Below are positions 63,257 through 64,000 of a stretch of DNA of 64,000 nucleotides, piece by piece. The stretch lies in NCBI GenBank assembly GCA_951406725.2, contig OX597835.1, forward strand, positions 21,762,001 through 21,826,000. The letters are read 5' to 3'. The position numbers and the translations under genes are program-made. Source of the stretch: Octopus vulgaris. Taxonomy: Eukaryota. The stretch's first letter is position 1, and each line of letters begins with the position of its first letter. The notes beneath the pieces are model-generated. The model searched no databases, was not told the origin of the DNA, and saw nothing but the letters and a program-made list of their open reading frames with translations.

Positions 63257-64000
63257 TACACACACACGTGTGTGTGTTTGTGTGTGTAAATTATACATAC
63301 GTGGAAACAACTTTTTTCTTTTACGTTCTAGTTTTAAGGGGATGGGGTGTCAATTTTGTTATCGGTTTTTTTCTTTATATTCTCATATTTTTGTGTGATT
63401 CTTTGCAGTTTGCTCAGAACAGTAAGGTTTCCAAAATCACTGTCAATGTGTCTAGACCTTCACCGCCTCATCTTCAGGAAAAGGTGCTGTTGGTGTAAGT
63501 TACTCCCTCTTTTTTTTTATTCTAAACAGCTCCAAACTAAACTGACACTCCGTCTGTTATGGCGACGAACGTTCCATTTGATCCGGCCAGCGGAACAAGC
63601 TCCTCATGAAATTAACATGCAAGTGGCTGAGCACTCCACAGACACGCGTACCCTTAACGTAATTCTCAAGGAGATTCAGCATGACACAGAATGTGACAAG
63701 GCTGGTCCTATGAAATACAGATACAACTCTTTTTTTTTTTTGCCAGCTGAGTGGACTGGAGCAACGTGAAATAAAACGTTTTACTCAAGGACACAACTCG
63801 CCGCCAGGAATCGAACCCACAGCCTTACGATCGTGAACCGAATCCCCTAACCACTAAGCCATGCGCTTTCGTTCTAGACAGCGCTATGACGGTTGATGTA
63901 AGCGTTACCACCAGATTTTGAATTCCACCGTTATGACCCGTGCGTGTGTCTTTGTAAATAACGTATATTATTTATGTTTCTTTTTATTTTTTGATGTTGT

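Overview
AT-rich, microsatellite- and SINE-dense metazoan DNA, most likely an octopus (inferred from the repeat families, not proven). Almost all ORFs in the supplied track are repeat or microsatellite artefacts. Three real genes are supported. (1) The last two exons of a + strand CD-M6PR/Atg27-like membrane receptor (4055-4267, 6223-6386), ending in YQRL*. (2) A complete - strand Dr1/NC2-beta gene with three coding exons (177 aa) and a candidate first non-coding exon/promoter near 43.0 kb. (3) An intronless ~751-aa + strand protein with a divergent C-terminal VPS9 domain. The rest is tRNA-derived SINEs, MITEs, two small Helitrons and LINE scraps. The most interesting signal is at the RNA level. 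At least four different small elements embedded in (TA)n tracts each carry a minimal type-I hammerhead-ribozyme-like motif, with variant cores (CUGAUGA plus an extra A, U3:A8, U4C). One is a palindrome with a tRNA-like Pol III head, an (AAT)n spacer and a hammerhead on each arm. Other observations: recurrent fold-back inverted duplications at SINE junctions, a duplicated Dr1 splice acceptor that predicts a truncated isoform, a duplicated Dr1 poly(A) module, and SINE multimers with a fixed junction. All structures were read by eye; no folding, alignment or database search was run.
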